Shown here one piece after another: positions 9,311 to 17,803 of a stretch of DNA of 44,632 nt (the stretch's first letter is position 1; every line of letters begins with the position of its first letter). A model generated the notes under the pieces. That model worked only from the letters and a program-made list of their open reading frames with translations. It did no database searches and had not been told where the DNA came from. The stretch is from an uncultured Candidatus Micrarchaeota archaeon (GTDB lineage: Archaea; Micrarchaeota; Micrarchaeia; Anstonellales; Bilamarchaeaceae), in NCBI GenBank assembly GCA_903835325.1, contig CAILMU010000005.1:1-44632 (forward strand), read 5' to 3'. The position numbers and the translations under genes are program-made.

Positions 9311-9358
9311 GGAGCTAAGTGATAAGGCATATAGCAGGATATCCTGGTGATTATCGAT

Positions 9359-10954
9359 ATGGCCGGTGCAAAAGACAATGAAAAAGCGAGGACGGACAGG
9401 GAGACTGACCCGAATGGCGAGATGCAGGGGCCGGCGGTCGCCGTTCCAGCAGGAACAGGTGGAAAACCAACGCTCACGACCTACTCCTTCAAGAGCGAAG
9501 GCCTTCCGGTCGAAGTGAAGATACTCCGGGGCACTGATTATGTCCCGCATTACGATATCTCGATACCGGGGATCGCCGAAGGCACGAAACTCATCCTCGA
9601 GACGAAGCTGAAAGGCGAGCTCGTCACGGAAGTGAAGCTGGATATCAGCGAGATGCTGGACCCAAAAAGGTTCGAAGAGGTGAAGGCGAGATTCCTGCAA
9701 TCTGCAAAGAGGATAATCACCCGCAACTTCCCCTCCCTGGCAGACGACAAGAAGGAGATACTCGCAGTCTTCATGCTCCAGAACACGCTTGGCCTGGGCG
9801 AGATGGAGGCGCCGCTTGCCGACGAGCAGCTGGAAGAGATAGTGGTCAACAACGCCCATGACCCGGTCTGGGTATACCACAAGACATTCGGATGGTGCAA
9901 GACGAATATCCGGATAAAGAGCGAGGACATGATCTATGATTACGCATCCACGATAGCGAGGAAGGTAGGGCGGCAGATAAACGTCCTCAACCCAACGCTC
10001 GATGCGCACTTGTCCACGGGAGACCGTGTGAACGCGACGCTCTTCCCCATTTCGAGTTTCGGGAACACGATAACGATAAGGAAATTCTCCAAGAACCCCT
10101 GGACGATAACGAGGTTCATCAAATCGAAGACGGTCTCCCCGGAGGTCGCGGGCCTCATATGGCTCTGCATCCAGAACGAGCTCTCCCTGCTGGTCACCGG
10201 AGGCACCGGAAGCGGGAAGACGTCGTTCCTGAATGCCATGTCAGGCCTCATACCTGCCAACCAGCGCATCGTCACTATCGAAGACACGAGAGAGCTCACG
10301 CTCCCGTCCTTCCTCCATTGGGTCCCGATGACGGTGCGCGAGCCGAACCCGGAAGGCAAAGGCGAGGTGACGATGCTGGATTTGATGGTGAACGCGCTCA
10401 GGCAGAGGCCCGACCGCATCATCGTCGGGGAAATCAGGCGCCAGAGGGAAGCCGAGGTCATGTTCGAAGCCATGCACACCGGCCACAGCGTCTATGCGAC
10501 ATTGCATGCGGATAACTCGGACCAGACGATTTCCAGGCTCACCAACCCTCCGATAAACATACCGCGCGAGATGCTGGACGCGCTTGCCGGGCTCGTCGTC
10601 ACGTTTAGGCACAGGAGGCTCAATATCCGCAGGGTGCTCGAGTTCTCCGAAGTGACATCCAAAGGCGATGCGAACGTCATCTACAGGTGGGACCTGAAGA
10701 GCGACAAGATAAAGCTCGTCGGCGAAGCGAGGAGGCTTGTGGACATCCTATCGCTATATGCAGGGATGGACGAGAAGGACATCGAGGAGGATGTCGCCGA
10801 GAAGGCGGCCATCCTGAACTGGATGGTGAAGAACGATTACGACGATGTGGACCAGGTCGGGCGCATCGTTTCGCACTACAACATGGACCCGCAGGAGATA
10901 ATCGATGCGGCGGCAAAGAACAAGCAATGGGATTTCGGCAAGTCGAACTGGTAG
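9359..10954 (+). CDS. Type IV pilus/archaellum-type secretion ATPase (FlaI/ArlI/PilB/TadA superfamily)
   Basis: Walker A is VTGGTGSGKTSFLNA, Walker B/Asp box is RPDRIIVGEIR, and the His box is HTGHSVYATLHA. The N-terminal domain is typical of archaeal FlaI-like ATPases. The track start at 9347 is GTG; the ATG is at 9359. Confidence 0.9.
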   Translation: MAGAKDNEKARTDRETDPNGEMQGPAVAVPAGTGGKPTLTTYSFKSEGLPVEVKILRGTDYVPHYDISIPGIAEGTKLILETKLKGELVTEVKLDISEMLDPKRFEEVKARFLQSAKRIITRNFPSLADDKKEILAVFMLQNTLGLGEMEAPLADEQLEEIVVNNAHDPVWVYHKTFGWCKTNIRIKSEDMIYDYASTIARKVGRQINVLNPTLDAHLSTGDRVNATLFPISSFGNTITIRKFSKNPWTITRFIKSKTVSPEVAGLIWLCIQNELSLLVTGGTGSGKTSFLNAMSGLIPANQRIVTIEDTRELTLPSFLHWVPMTVREPNPEGKGEVTMLDLMVNALRQRPDRIIVGEIRRQREAEVMFEAMHTGHSVYATLHADNSDQTISRLTNPPINIPREMLDALAGLVVTFRHRRLNIRRVLEFSEVTSKGDANVIYRWDLKSDKIKLVGEARRLVDILSLYAGMDEKDIEEDVAEKAAILNWMVKNDYDDVDQVGRIVSHYNMDPQEIIDAAAKNKQWDFGKSNW

Positions 10955-11026
10955 CGTTAAAGGCCATGCAACCGTATATAATATTTGGTTGGGGTATGGT
11001 ATAGCAGTATCAAGGTGCACAAATAG

Positions 11027-12712
11027 ATGTCAAGCGGATTCGAGATGGCGGCCGATGAGGCCAAACGGCTGGAGAGGAAGGCGGTCGGCTACGCCCCGTA
11101 CAAGGGCAGGGGCGAGATAGCCTCGACGATAGACCTCGAGCCGAAGGATTATATCGACCTCACTTACCCCGATCTCCTGAACATGTACGAGCGGACCGAG
11201 AAGATCCTGAGCGCGATGGGGATGCTCACGGCCGCAGCTGGCGCAGCGGCGCCGGGGCAGGGCGCGATCATCGCTCCGAGCGCCAGAAGCGAGGAGGTCG
11301 AGAGCAAGCTCAAGGAGATAACGAGCGAGAGCCTCCAGAAGGCAGAGGAGATGGGGATGGAGCCCCTCTCAATGGCTCCGCCTCCGCAGAAAACCCCTGA
11401 GGAAGAGATCCGCGCGGCAGGCCCGGTGGAAATCGAGAAAGAGCCTGCCAAGATGGAGATAGAGTTCGAAGAGCATGCGGCCAAAGAGACAATCACGCTT
11501 GAGAAAGAAACCGAGAAGCCGTTGCTTCCGGCTCCAGAGAAAGAGATCACGCCCGAGAAGCAGTTTGAGATCCGCGAAGAGGGCAAGGAGACCGGACTCG
11601 AGGAGAAGCAGGTTGCGGAAGAGAAGAGGATGGAGGAGATAGGGAGAACTGAACGCATCAAGCCGGAAGCGCCCGCCCCCGAAACGCAAGAGACCATGGA
11701 GCAACCGAATCAACCTCTTGAGAAACGGATGATAATGGCGGCTGTCCCCCCGGCGCTCCGCGAGAGCCCTGATGAGGCCGCCACCAAAAGATATGACAAG
11801 ATAGAGGAGCAGATAATGGCGACCCTCGGCGGCGCCACGGATGAGGTCACCCTGAAGAAGAGGATGCTCGAGCTGACCAAGGAGCTCTTCAAGGAGAAGA
11901 GCATGAACCGCAGGGAGCAGATAAAACTGGAGATAACCGTCCTCAAGAACATGCTCACCCACGCGCAGGAAGGGGGGATGGGCAAACGGAAAGCCAGGAA
12001 GGATTCCGCTGCGGATGCGCATGGCCATGTCCTGGATACCATCATAAGCTCGCAGCAGGCCGAGATATCCCAGACCAAAGACACGATCATAGATTCCTAC
12101 AAGAAGCAGATAGCGCAGACGAAGAGCAAGTTCTACAGCGAACTTTCAACGCTCGACGACCCGCTCGAACGGAAGGGCGCCCTGGACAGGTTCATCTTCT
12201 CGCTGACTTCGCTCCTCGAGCAGCTTCCTGATGTGATAAAACGGTACGAGGATTTCGCAGCGAAGAAGCACGGGGCCGAGCTCGGGAAGCTCACGGATTC
12301 CCTTGACGAGGGCGAGAAGGATATGAAAGCGCGTGCGCGAGAGCGCATGGAAAGCATCCAGGGGGGATATGTCTCTGAGTTCGGCGTGGTGAAAGCGATC
12401 ATCGGGCGCGAGATAGACAACCTCATGGATGCGGCCGCCATGGATGTCCTTTCAGGGGCGCAGGCCTCTGGAGCGAAGGCGCCGGCCGGAAAGGACGCGG
12501 AGATACGCGAGACGGTCGATGAGATAAACAGGATGGGTGAGAGCGCCCTGCTCAGCTATTTGAACTCCAAAGACGCCGGATATTATAAGGAATACGAAGG
12601 GAAACAGGTATCCAAGGCCGAGGCTGTGATGAAAGCCAAGGCTTTGATCGGCATGGAGAAAGGGCTCGAAAAAGACACAATCGACAAATATTTCGGATTG
12701 GGGGCGATGTGA
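11027..12712 (+). CDS. Acidic, low-complexity and coiled-coil protein between the ATPase and platform genes; function unknown
   Basis: This 561-aa ORF has no TM segment. It has a PEKE-rich middle (EKEPAKMEIEFEEHAAKETITLEKETEKPLLPAPEKEITPEKQFEIREEGKE) and a helical C-terminal half. Its stop overlaps the next gene's start (atgtga/gtg). Confidence 0.7.
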   Translation: MSSGFEMAADEAKRLERKAVGYAPYKGRGEIASTIDLEPKDYIDLTYPDLLNMYERTEKILSAMGMLTAAAGAAAPGQGAIIAPSARSEEVESKLKEITSESLQKAEEMGMEPLSMAPPPQKTPEEEIRAAGPVEIEKEPAKMEIEFEEHAAKETITLEKETEKPLLPAPEKEITPEKQFEIREEGKETGLEEKQVAEEKRMEEIGRTERIKPEAPAPETQETMEQPNQPLEKRMIMAAVPPALRESPDEAATKRYDKIEEQIMATLGGATDEVTLKKRMLELTKELFKEKSMNRREQIKLEITVLKNMLTHAQEGGMGKRKARKDSAADAHGHVLDTIISSQQAEISQTKDTIIDSYKKQIAQTKSKFYSELSTLDDPLERKGALDRFIFSLTSLLEQLPDVIKRYEDFAAKKHGAELGKLTDSLDEGEKDMKARARERMESIQGGYVSEFGVVKAIIGREIDNLMDAAAMDVLSGAQASGAKAPAGKDAEIRETVDEINRMGESALLSYLNSKDAGYYKEYEGKQVSKAEAVMKAKALIGMEKGLEKDTIDKYFGLGAM

Positions 12713-13644
12713 GAGTGGGGGGCATGAGGGCAGGCGCAGTGGCTATAAGCGCGTTATCCAGCTCAGCGGCTGCGCCTCCGAAAAAGAAGAGCCCGCTCTT
12801 CTTCATCGCCGAGCTCCTGGCGCCGAGGTTCCCCGACCTCCGGCAGAAGCTGCGCCTCGCCGACATGAAGTCCGAACCGATCGAATATCTCGACCGGACG
12901 GTGTTCTCTTCTGTGTTCATCTCCGTCGCGCTCATAATCGTATCATATCTATTGTTGAAGGACCAGATACCGGCCTATCTCGCGGGCAACCTATCCCTCT
13001 TCCTGATAACTGTCCTGGGCCCGATAATCATCATTCCGCCGATTGTCTTCGGATACCTCATGCTTTACCCTGATGCCGCGATCATGAGAAGGCAGAAGGA
13101 GATAGATTATGAGATAGTATTCGCATGCAGGCATATCGCGATAGCCCTGAAATCTGGGATGCCCCTCTTCGACTCTTTCGTCGGGGCCAGTTCCGGATAC
13201 GGCGTGGTGAGCAAGGAGTTCGCAAAGATAGCGGACAAGGTGGTCCTCGGGGTCCCTGCCGCGCAGGCGATACGGGAGACCACGCAGGACAACCCTTCCA
13301 GATATTTCACCAGGGTCATGATGCAGATAGCCAACTCGCTCTCGAGCGGGGCGGATGTCGGCGGGTCCCTGGACAGCGTGCTGGACCAGATATCCAAGGA
13401 GCAGATGATATCGCTCCGGGAATACAGCCAGAAGCTGACGCCGGTGGTCATGTTCTACATGGTCTTCGGCATAATCGTGCCATCCCTCGGCGTGGTGCTG
13501 GCGACCGTGATATTCTCGGCCCTCAGCGGAGGGAGTTTCGGGTTCTCACGCGTGGTGCTCGTGCTGGTGTTCCTGCTGATAGCGGTCATCCAGTTCCTTT
13601 TCCTCGGCTACATAGACAGCTCGAGGCCGAAATACCTGATATGA
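12709..13644 (+). CDS. Pilus platform membrane protein with a single T2SSF domain (TadB/TadC/FlaJ-half-like)
   Basis: The T2SSF-type core is IALKSGMPLFDSFVGASSGYGVVSKEFAKIADKVVLGVPAAQAIRE...SLSSGADVGGSLDSVLDQISKEQ, flanked by TM helices. The GTG at 12709 overlaps the upstream stop; an alternative ATG is at 12724. Confidence 0.85.
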   Translation: MRVGGMRAGAVAISALSSSAAAPPKKKSPLFFIAELLAPRFPDLRQKLRLADMKSEPIEYLDRTVFSSVFISVALIIVSYLLLKDQIPAYLAGNLSLFLITVLGPIIIIPPIVFGYLMLYPDAAIMRRQKEIDYEIVFACRHIAIALKSGMPLFDSFVGASSGYGVVSKEFAKIADKVVLGVPAAQAIRETTQDNPSRYFTRVMMQIANSLSSGADVGGSLDSVLDQISKEQMISLREYSQKLTPVVMFYMVFGIIVPSLGVVLATVIFSALSGGSFGFSRVVLVLVFLLIAVIQFLFLGYIDSSRPKYLI

Positions 13645-13651
13645 TGGATTG

Positions 13652-14755
13652 ATGGAAATGAGCAGCGACAACGTTTTCGAGAAGGCCGGCAGGGTGTTCT
13701 TCAGCCGGGAGCGCATACGCGAGCTCGAGCGAGACCTGAACGCAGCGGGCATCAACATGCCTGCGGATTCGTTCGCAGGTTTCGCTGCCCTCGAGATAGT
13801 CATAATATCGGTCGTCCTGACGCTCCTGTTCCTCGTCTACCAGCCGGTCTATGGTTTCATCTCCGGTTCCATCCTCCAATTCATCCCGCTCGACAATCCG
13901 GCGATACTCGGGATCATACTCGCTTTGCTCGCGTTCATCCTGTCCATGATGATCGTGTATCTATCCACCATGACCTTGATCGCCACGTTCCTGACCATGA
14001 AGACCGAGGATCGGCGCAACAAGCTCGAGACGATGCTCCCGGATTTCCTGGGCCTCGTATCCTCCAACATCAAGGCCGGGATGACGCTGGACCAGGCGAT
14101 GTGGTACTCGGCCAAACCTGAGTTCGGGCTTCTGGCCGATGAGACCAAGTCCGCGATCAAGGGAAGCTTCAGCGGAGAATCGCTTGGCGTGTCGCTGGAC
14201 CGGCTGGCTATGAGGTTCGACTCCCGTACCTTCAGGCGGACCGTGCTCCTGCTGAAACAGGCATCAGCGACAGGCGGCCAGCTGACCGATGTATTGGAGC
14301 GCACATCGGAGGATGTCCGGAACACGAACACGGTGAAGAAGGAGATAGCCGCCTCGCTTGTGATGTACGAGATATTCGTGCTTTTCGCTTCCGTCGTCGG
14401 GACGCCTTTCCTTTTCGCCGTCGCTTATAAACTCGTCGAGATATTCGAGAAGATCGCCCCCCAGGCAGGCGCCGGATTGAGCGGAGGGGCGGGCGTAGGA
14501 GCTATCGGCGGGGTTTTCTCGTCCATCGCCTCCATAAAGGTGAGCGGCGGGATAATCAGCTCGGGCGATTTCCTTCTGTTCACGATACCGACGATATTCA
14601 TCACGGCCCTGATATCGTCTTTCATAGTGAGCGTGATTCGGACAGGGACAAGGAACCAGGGGATGAAGTATTTCCCGTTCGTCCTGGTGTGCTCCTATCT
14701 CGTCTACTGGTTGGCCGTAACGGTTATAACAGCATTGTTCTCATCATTTGCATAA
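13652..14755 (+). CDS. Second pilus platform membrane protein with a single T2SSF domain
   Basis: The core is LVSSNIKAGMTLDQAMWYSAKPEFGLLADETKSAIKGSFSGESLGVSLDRLAMRFDSRTFRRTVLLLKQASATGGQLTDVLERTSEDV, with flanking TM helices. The track start at 13649 is TTG; the ATG is at 13652. Confidence 0.85.
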   Translation: MEMSSDNVFEKAGRVFFSRERIRELERDLNAAGINMPADSFAGFAALEIVIISVVLTLLFLVYQPVYGFISGSILQFIPLDNPAILGIILALLAFILSMMIVYLSTMTLIATFLTMKTEDRRNKLETMLPDFLGLVSSNIKAGMTLDQAMWYSAKPEFGLLADETKSAIKGSFSGESLGVSLDRLAMRFDSRTFRRTVLLLKQASATGGQLTDVLERTSEDVRNTNTVKKEIAASLVMYEIFVLFASVVGTPFLFAVAYKLVEIFEKIAPQAGAGLSGGAGVGAIGGVFSSIASIKVSGGIISSGDFLLFTIPTIFITALISSFIVSVIRTGTRNQGMKYFPFVLVCSYLVYWLAVTVITALFSSFA

Positions 14756-14827
14756 TGATATTGATCAAGAGGTTTTGATATGGTTAGGAAGGAGAAAAAG
14801 GCTTCACGATCCGGAAACGGCGCGCGC

Positions 14828-15412
14828 ATGCCAAAGGCAGGGGGATACAGGAAGGGCCAGGCCATGATGGAATACCTGATGACCTACGGCCTCGCATTGT
14901 TCATCATTGTCGTAGTCATCGGCATTCTGGTGGCTGTGGTGCTTCCGATGCTGAACCCGCCGGACTCGTGCAACTTCACGCAGCCGGGCTTCAGCTGCAA
15001 GAAGGTCGTGGTGGCTGATAATCAGTCCTCGACGGCCGGAGATACAAAGATCGTCTTCCAGCTCAACAACGAAGCAGGGCGTGGTGTCAGCATATTCAAG
15101 GTCCTGTGCACCGAAGCGCCTATCGGGAATGTCCAGATGGGCATGATGAGCGTGCCGCCGTACACCTGGAGCATCTCTGACCCGGGCCTGGCGATTGCTG
15201 CCGGGGGATCGAAGAGCTTCGGCAGCCTGACAGCGAGCGATGTGAAGGCGAAAATCATCTGCCTCAAGCAGGACAACACTCCCGTCACCCTGGCTGTGAA
15301 CTCCAATTTCAAGGGGACCTTGGCGATCGAGTACAAATACGACGATGATGTGACTGGCGCACCGCACAGGATCGCGACAGCCACCATCACGGGAACCGTG
15401 CTCGGCGAGTGA
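14828..15412 (+). CDS. Archaeal type IV pilin-like protein (class III signal peptide)
   Basis: MPKAGGYRKGQAMMEYLMTYGLALFIIVVVIGILVAVVLP has a basic leader, G-Q at the predicted cleavage region, Glu at +5 from Q (QxxxE, DUF361-like) and then a hydrophobic helix. The ~150-aa beta-rich C-terminal domain has four Cys. The ATG at 14828 is preferred over 14780. Confidence 0.75.
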   Translation: MPKAGGYRKGQAMMEYLMTYGLALFIIVVVIGILVAVVLPMLNPPDSCNFTQPGFSCKKVVVADNQSSTAGDTKIVFQLNNEAGRGVSIFKVLCTEAPIGNVQMGMMSVPPYTWSISDPGLAIAAGGSKSFGSLTASDVKAKIICLKQDNTPVTLAVNSNFKGTLAIEYKYDDDVTGAPHRIATATITGTVLGE

Positions 15413-15423
15413 TGAACCGGACG

Positions 15424-15478
15424 CTTTTTGGTTTTTTATTATTTTTCTATTTTTTCTATTATTTATTTTTTTCATTTT
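15424..15478 (+). terminator. Oligo-T terminator tract after the pilin gene
   Basis: Five T5-T7 runs sit within 55 nt immediately after the stop (ctttttggttttttattatttttctattttttctattatttattttttt). A-runs at about 15552-15567 would give T-runs on the minus strand for the convergent gene. Confidence 0.5.
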
Positions 15479-15606
15479 AATTCGATATTTCTTGTTTTCC
15501 CAGCACTCCGAAAGCAGGGCTAGAGGCAGTATAGGGTCTTAAAGTATTCAGAAAAAATATAGAAAAAGCGCCATATCGAGCGCTTTCGCCCGCGTCGCAT
15601 GGCGCC

Positions 15607-16398
15607 TCACTTGCCGCATTGCTTCCCTTTGGGCTCCGGGGATGGGGGCTCGCTCGACCCGCACCTGAGATGGGATATCGTCCATGGCGAGACCGAAACA
15701 GACACTCTGCAGGCGCTTGGAAGATTGTGGGGGTTGAACGAGGGTTTCTTGTCATCCCAACCATGAACATTGCCTGGAATCGGGAACGTCTCTTCGTTGC
15801 CATCCCTCCGTTCCGCAGCCTGTTCCCCACTCTTGCAATAGACCCTCATGGGGGTCAGATGTCCGATGACCGTGCCGACCACATCGCCGCTTGGTGATAC
15901 CATGAATTCAGCGCTCGCACCGAAAGTGAAATGTCCGGTGGGAGTCGCCTGCAGGGGAAGTCCCATCTGATCTATGGCGCTATTTACATAGAAAGCTGCC
16001 ACTGAACCTTTGAGTACATATGACGGGCACTGCGGGATTGGAACCGGGGCTTTGGCAGACGCTTCTGGAGAAGTTGCTGCGGGCTTGAACGCCGCATACG
16101 CGTATCCGCCGCTCTTCTTGCTTTCGGTGGTTGTCTCAAGCGGGACATCCGATTTGATTTCCATGCCCTCGTTCTTCGGGCATAACGCATCCTGGCCCGA
16201 TTTGATGGAATTGACTTCTCGTTCGAGGCGGTCGAGTTTTTGATTCGCGCTCGCAAGGACGGCTGATTGGGTGCGCAACGTCTCGTTCAGGGTTTTATTC
16301 GATCTGCAGGATCCATAGGTGCTTGCAGCAGAACCTGCCAGAGAAATCGCTAAAACAGAACCGACTAATCGACTTGTCTTTCTAGTGTTTTCAACCAT
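15607..16398 (-). CDS. Secreted or membrane-anchored hypothetical protein
   Basis: It has an N-terminal hydrophobic segment (RLVGSVLAISLAGSAASTYGSC), a short coiled coil (NQKLDRLEREVNSIK), and a Cys-containing C-terminal domain. No family was recognised. Confidence 0.6.
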   Translation of the reverse strand: MVENTRKTSRLVGSVLAISLAGSAASTYGSCRSNKTLNETLRTQSAVLASANQKLDRLEREVNSIKSGQDALCPKNEGMEIKSDVPLETTTESKKSGGYAYAAFKPAATSPEASAKAPVPIPQCPSYVLKGSVAAFYVNSAIDQMGLPLQATPTGHFTFGASAEFMVSPSGDVVGTVIGHLTPMRVYCKSGEQAAERRDGNEETFPIPGNVHGWDDKKPSFNPHNLPSACRVSVSVSPWTISHLRCGSSEPPSPEPKGKQCGK

Positions 16399-16550
16399 AC
16401 CATCCCCTCTCTAGCAATCTATTATTGAAATATGATTAAAAATGTATCTTTCTGGGTAAGAAGTGTTTTTGAAGGCGGGAGGATGGATACGAAAAAGACT
16501 ATTAGAAAAAATCGCATACGGCGGAAAAGAGTGGAACACCAGAAGAAAAC

Positions 16551-17744
16551 CTAACTGCCGTATTTCTCAGCCTTCGCTATCAAATTCAGGATCAGCGGCA
16601 CGATATCCTGGCCGTTCAGGTGGCCGAGGCCCCCATGCATGCACGCGAGCTCGTCGAAACGGCCGACCTCGTCCCTGCGCTCCTGATCGCAAGAGACCAA
16701 TAACGGGACCTCATGGCCCGAGTGGGCCTTCCTGGCGCATGGCGTGGAATGATCGCCGGTGACTATCAGGCAGGCTCCGCTTTTCACAAGAATCGGGATC
16801 ATCTCCTTGTCTATCCGCTCGAGGAACGCCTTCTTGCCAATGAAATCCCCGTCATGCCCGGCATTGTCGCACGCTTTCACATGCAGGAAGACCATGTCAT
16901 AATCGCCTTTTATCGCCTTCACGGCAGCATCCGCCTTGCCCTTTAGATTGGTGGTCTTGGTCCCTGTGGCCCCAGGCACGATGAAAACGTCCATGCCCAG
17001 ATAACGGGCGACCCCGCGGTATAGAGCGCCGCCTGCTACGCAAGCCGCTTTCAGGCCGAAACGGTCATAGAACGAAGGGACTCGTTTGAATGTCCCTGCT
17101 CCGCGAAGGAGAAGAGTGTTCGCCGGCAATGACCTGCCCTGGTTCTCAGGGGCGGCGGCGAGTATCCCTTGGATCACCTGGGTGTATTTGTTCACTATAT
17201 CCGCCGTCTTATCGCCTTCGCTTGTTATCGCCGAACAAGGCTCGAGCGCGCCTGAAGATGCGTGGATGTCTGTGCCGGTGACAAAATGGCTGAGGCCAGG
17301 CCCGCGCAACACAAGGACGCCCCGGTGCTCGACCGAGTTGCGGAAAATGGCTTCGACATGGTCGATGCGCAATGATAACCTGGATGCGAGCTTCGTTGCT
17401 GTCTCCGTATCAATACGCCCTGCCCTGCGGTCCACTATCTTCCCGTTCTTCATGGTCGCGAAATTCGCCCGGAAAGCGACATCGCCTTCCTGGAGGTCGA
17501 TCCCCAAACCGAGCGCCTCGAGGGGCCCGCGGCCTGGATAGAAGATCTCAGGGTCGTAGCCGAGGATATTGAGATGAGATGTATCGCTCCCAGGGACCAC
17601 GAAACGCTTCACCGATGACAGCATGCCTGTGATGCCGTTCTTCGCTGCCTTGTGCAGGTTCGGGATTTTCGCCGCCTGCAGGGGCGTCTTCGGGGTCGGA
17701 AGGTCTCCTAACCCGTCTATGATGAGAAGGATGGCTTTTTTCAT
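16551..17744 (-). CDS. apgM: 2,3-bisphosphoglycerate-independent phosphoglycerate mutase, archaeal ApgM type
   Basis: MKKAILLIIDGLGDLP..., ...FLHVKACDNAGHDGDF... and ...VTGDHSTPC... are characteristic ApgM/alkaline-phosphatase-superfamily motifs. The length is 397 aa. Confidence 0.9.
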   Translation of the reverse strand: MKKAILLIIDGLGDLPTPKTPLQAAKIPNLHKAAKNGITGMLSSVKRFVVPGSDTSHLNILGYDPEIFYPGRGPLEALGLGIDLQEGDVAFRANFATMKNGKIVDRRAGRIDTETATKLASRLSLRIDHVEAIFRNSVEHRGVLVLRGPGLSHFVTGTDIHASSGALEPCSAITSEGDKTADIVNKYTQVIQGILAAAPENQGRSLPANTLLLRGAGTFKRVPSFYDRFGLKAACVAGGALYRGVARYLGMDVFIVPGATGTKTTNLKGKADAAVKAIKGDYDMVFLHVKACDNAGHDGDFIGKKAFLERIDKEMIPILVKSGACLIVTGDHSTPCARKAHSGHEVPLLVSCDQERRDEVGRFDELACMHGGLGHLNGQDIVPLILNLIAKAEKYGS

Positions 17745-17803
17745 GATGTAGACTCGCGAACAAACAATAAAAATCTGCGCTCGGACGGGTCATTTTTGGT
17801 TTT

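Noticed and set aside
8468-10009. 513-aa minus-strand ORF antisense to the coiled-coil and ATPase genes
   Set aside because: The plus strand carries an unmistakable secretion ATPase with Walker A/B and His box. The antisense product is Leu/Arg-rich junk, typical of open antisense frames opposite GAR-rich coding sequence.
16463-16762. 99-aa plus-strand ORF overlapping the 3' end of apgM
   Set aside because: It is antisense to a confidently identified gene, and its product is Arg/Pro/Gly-rich junk.
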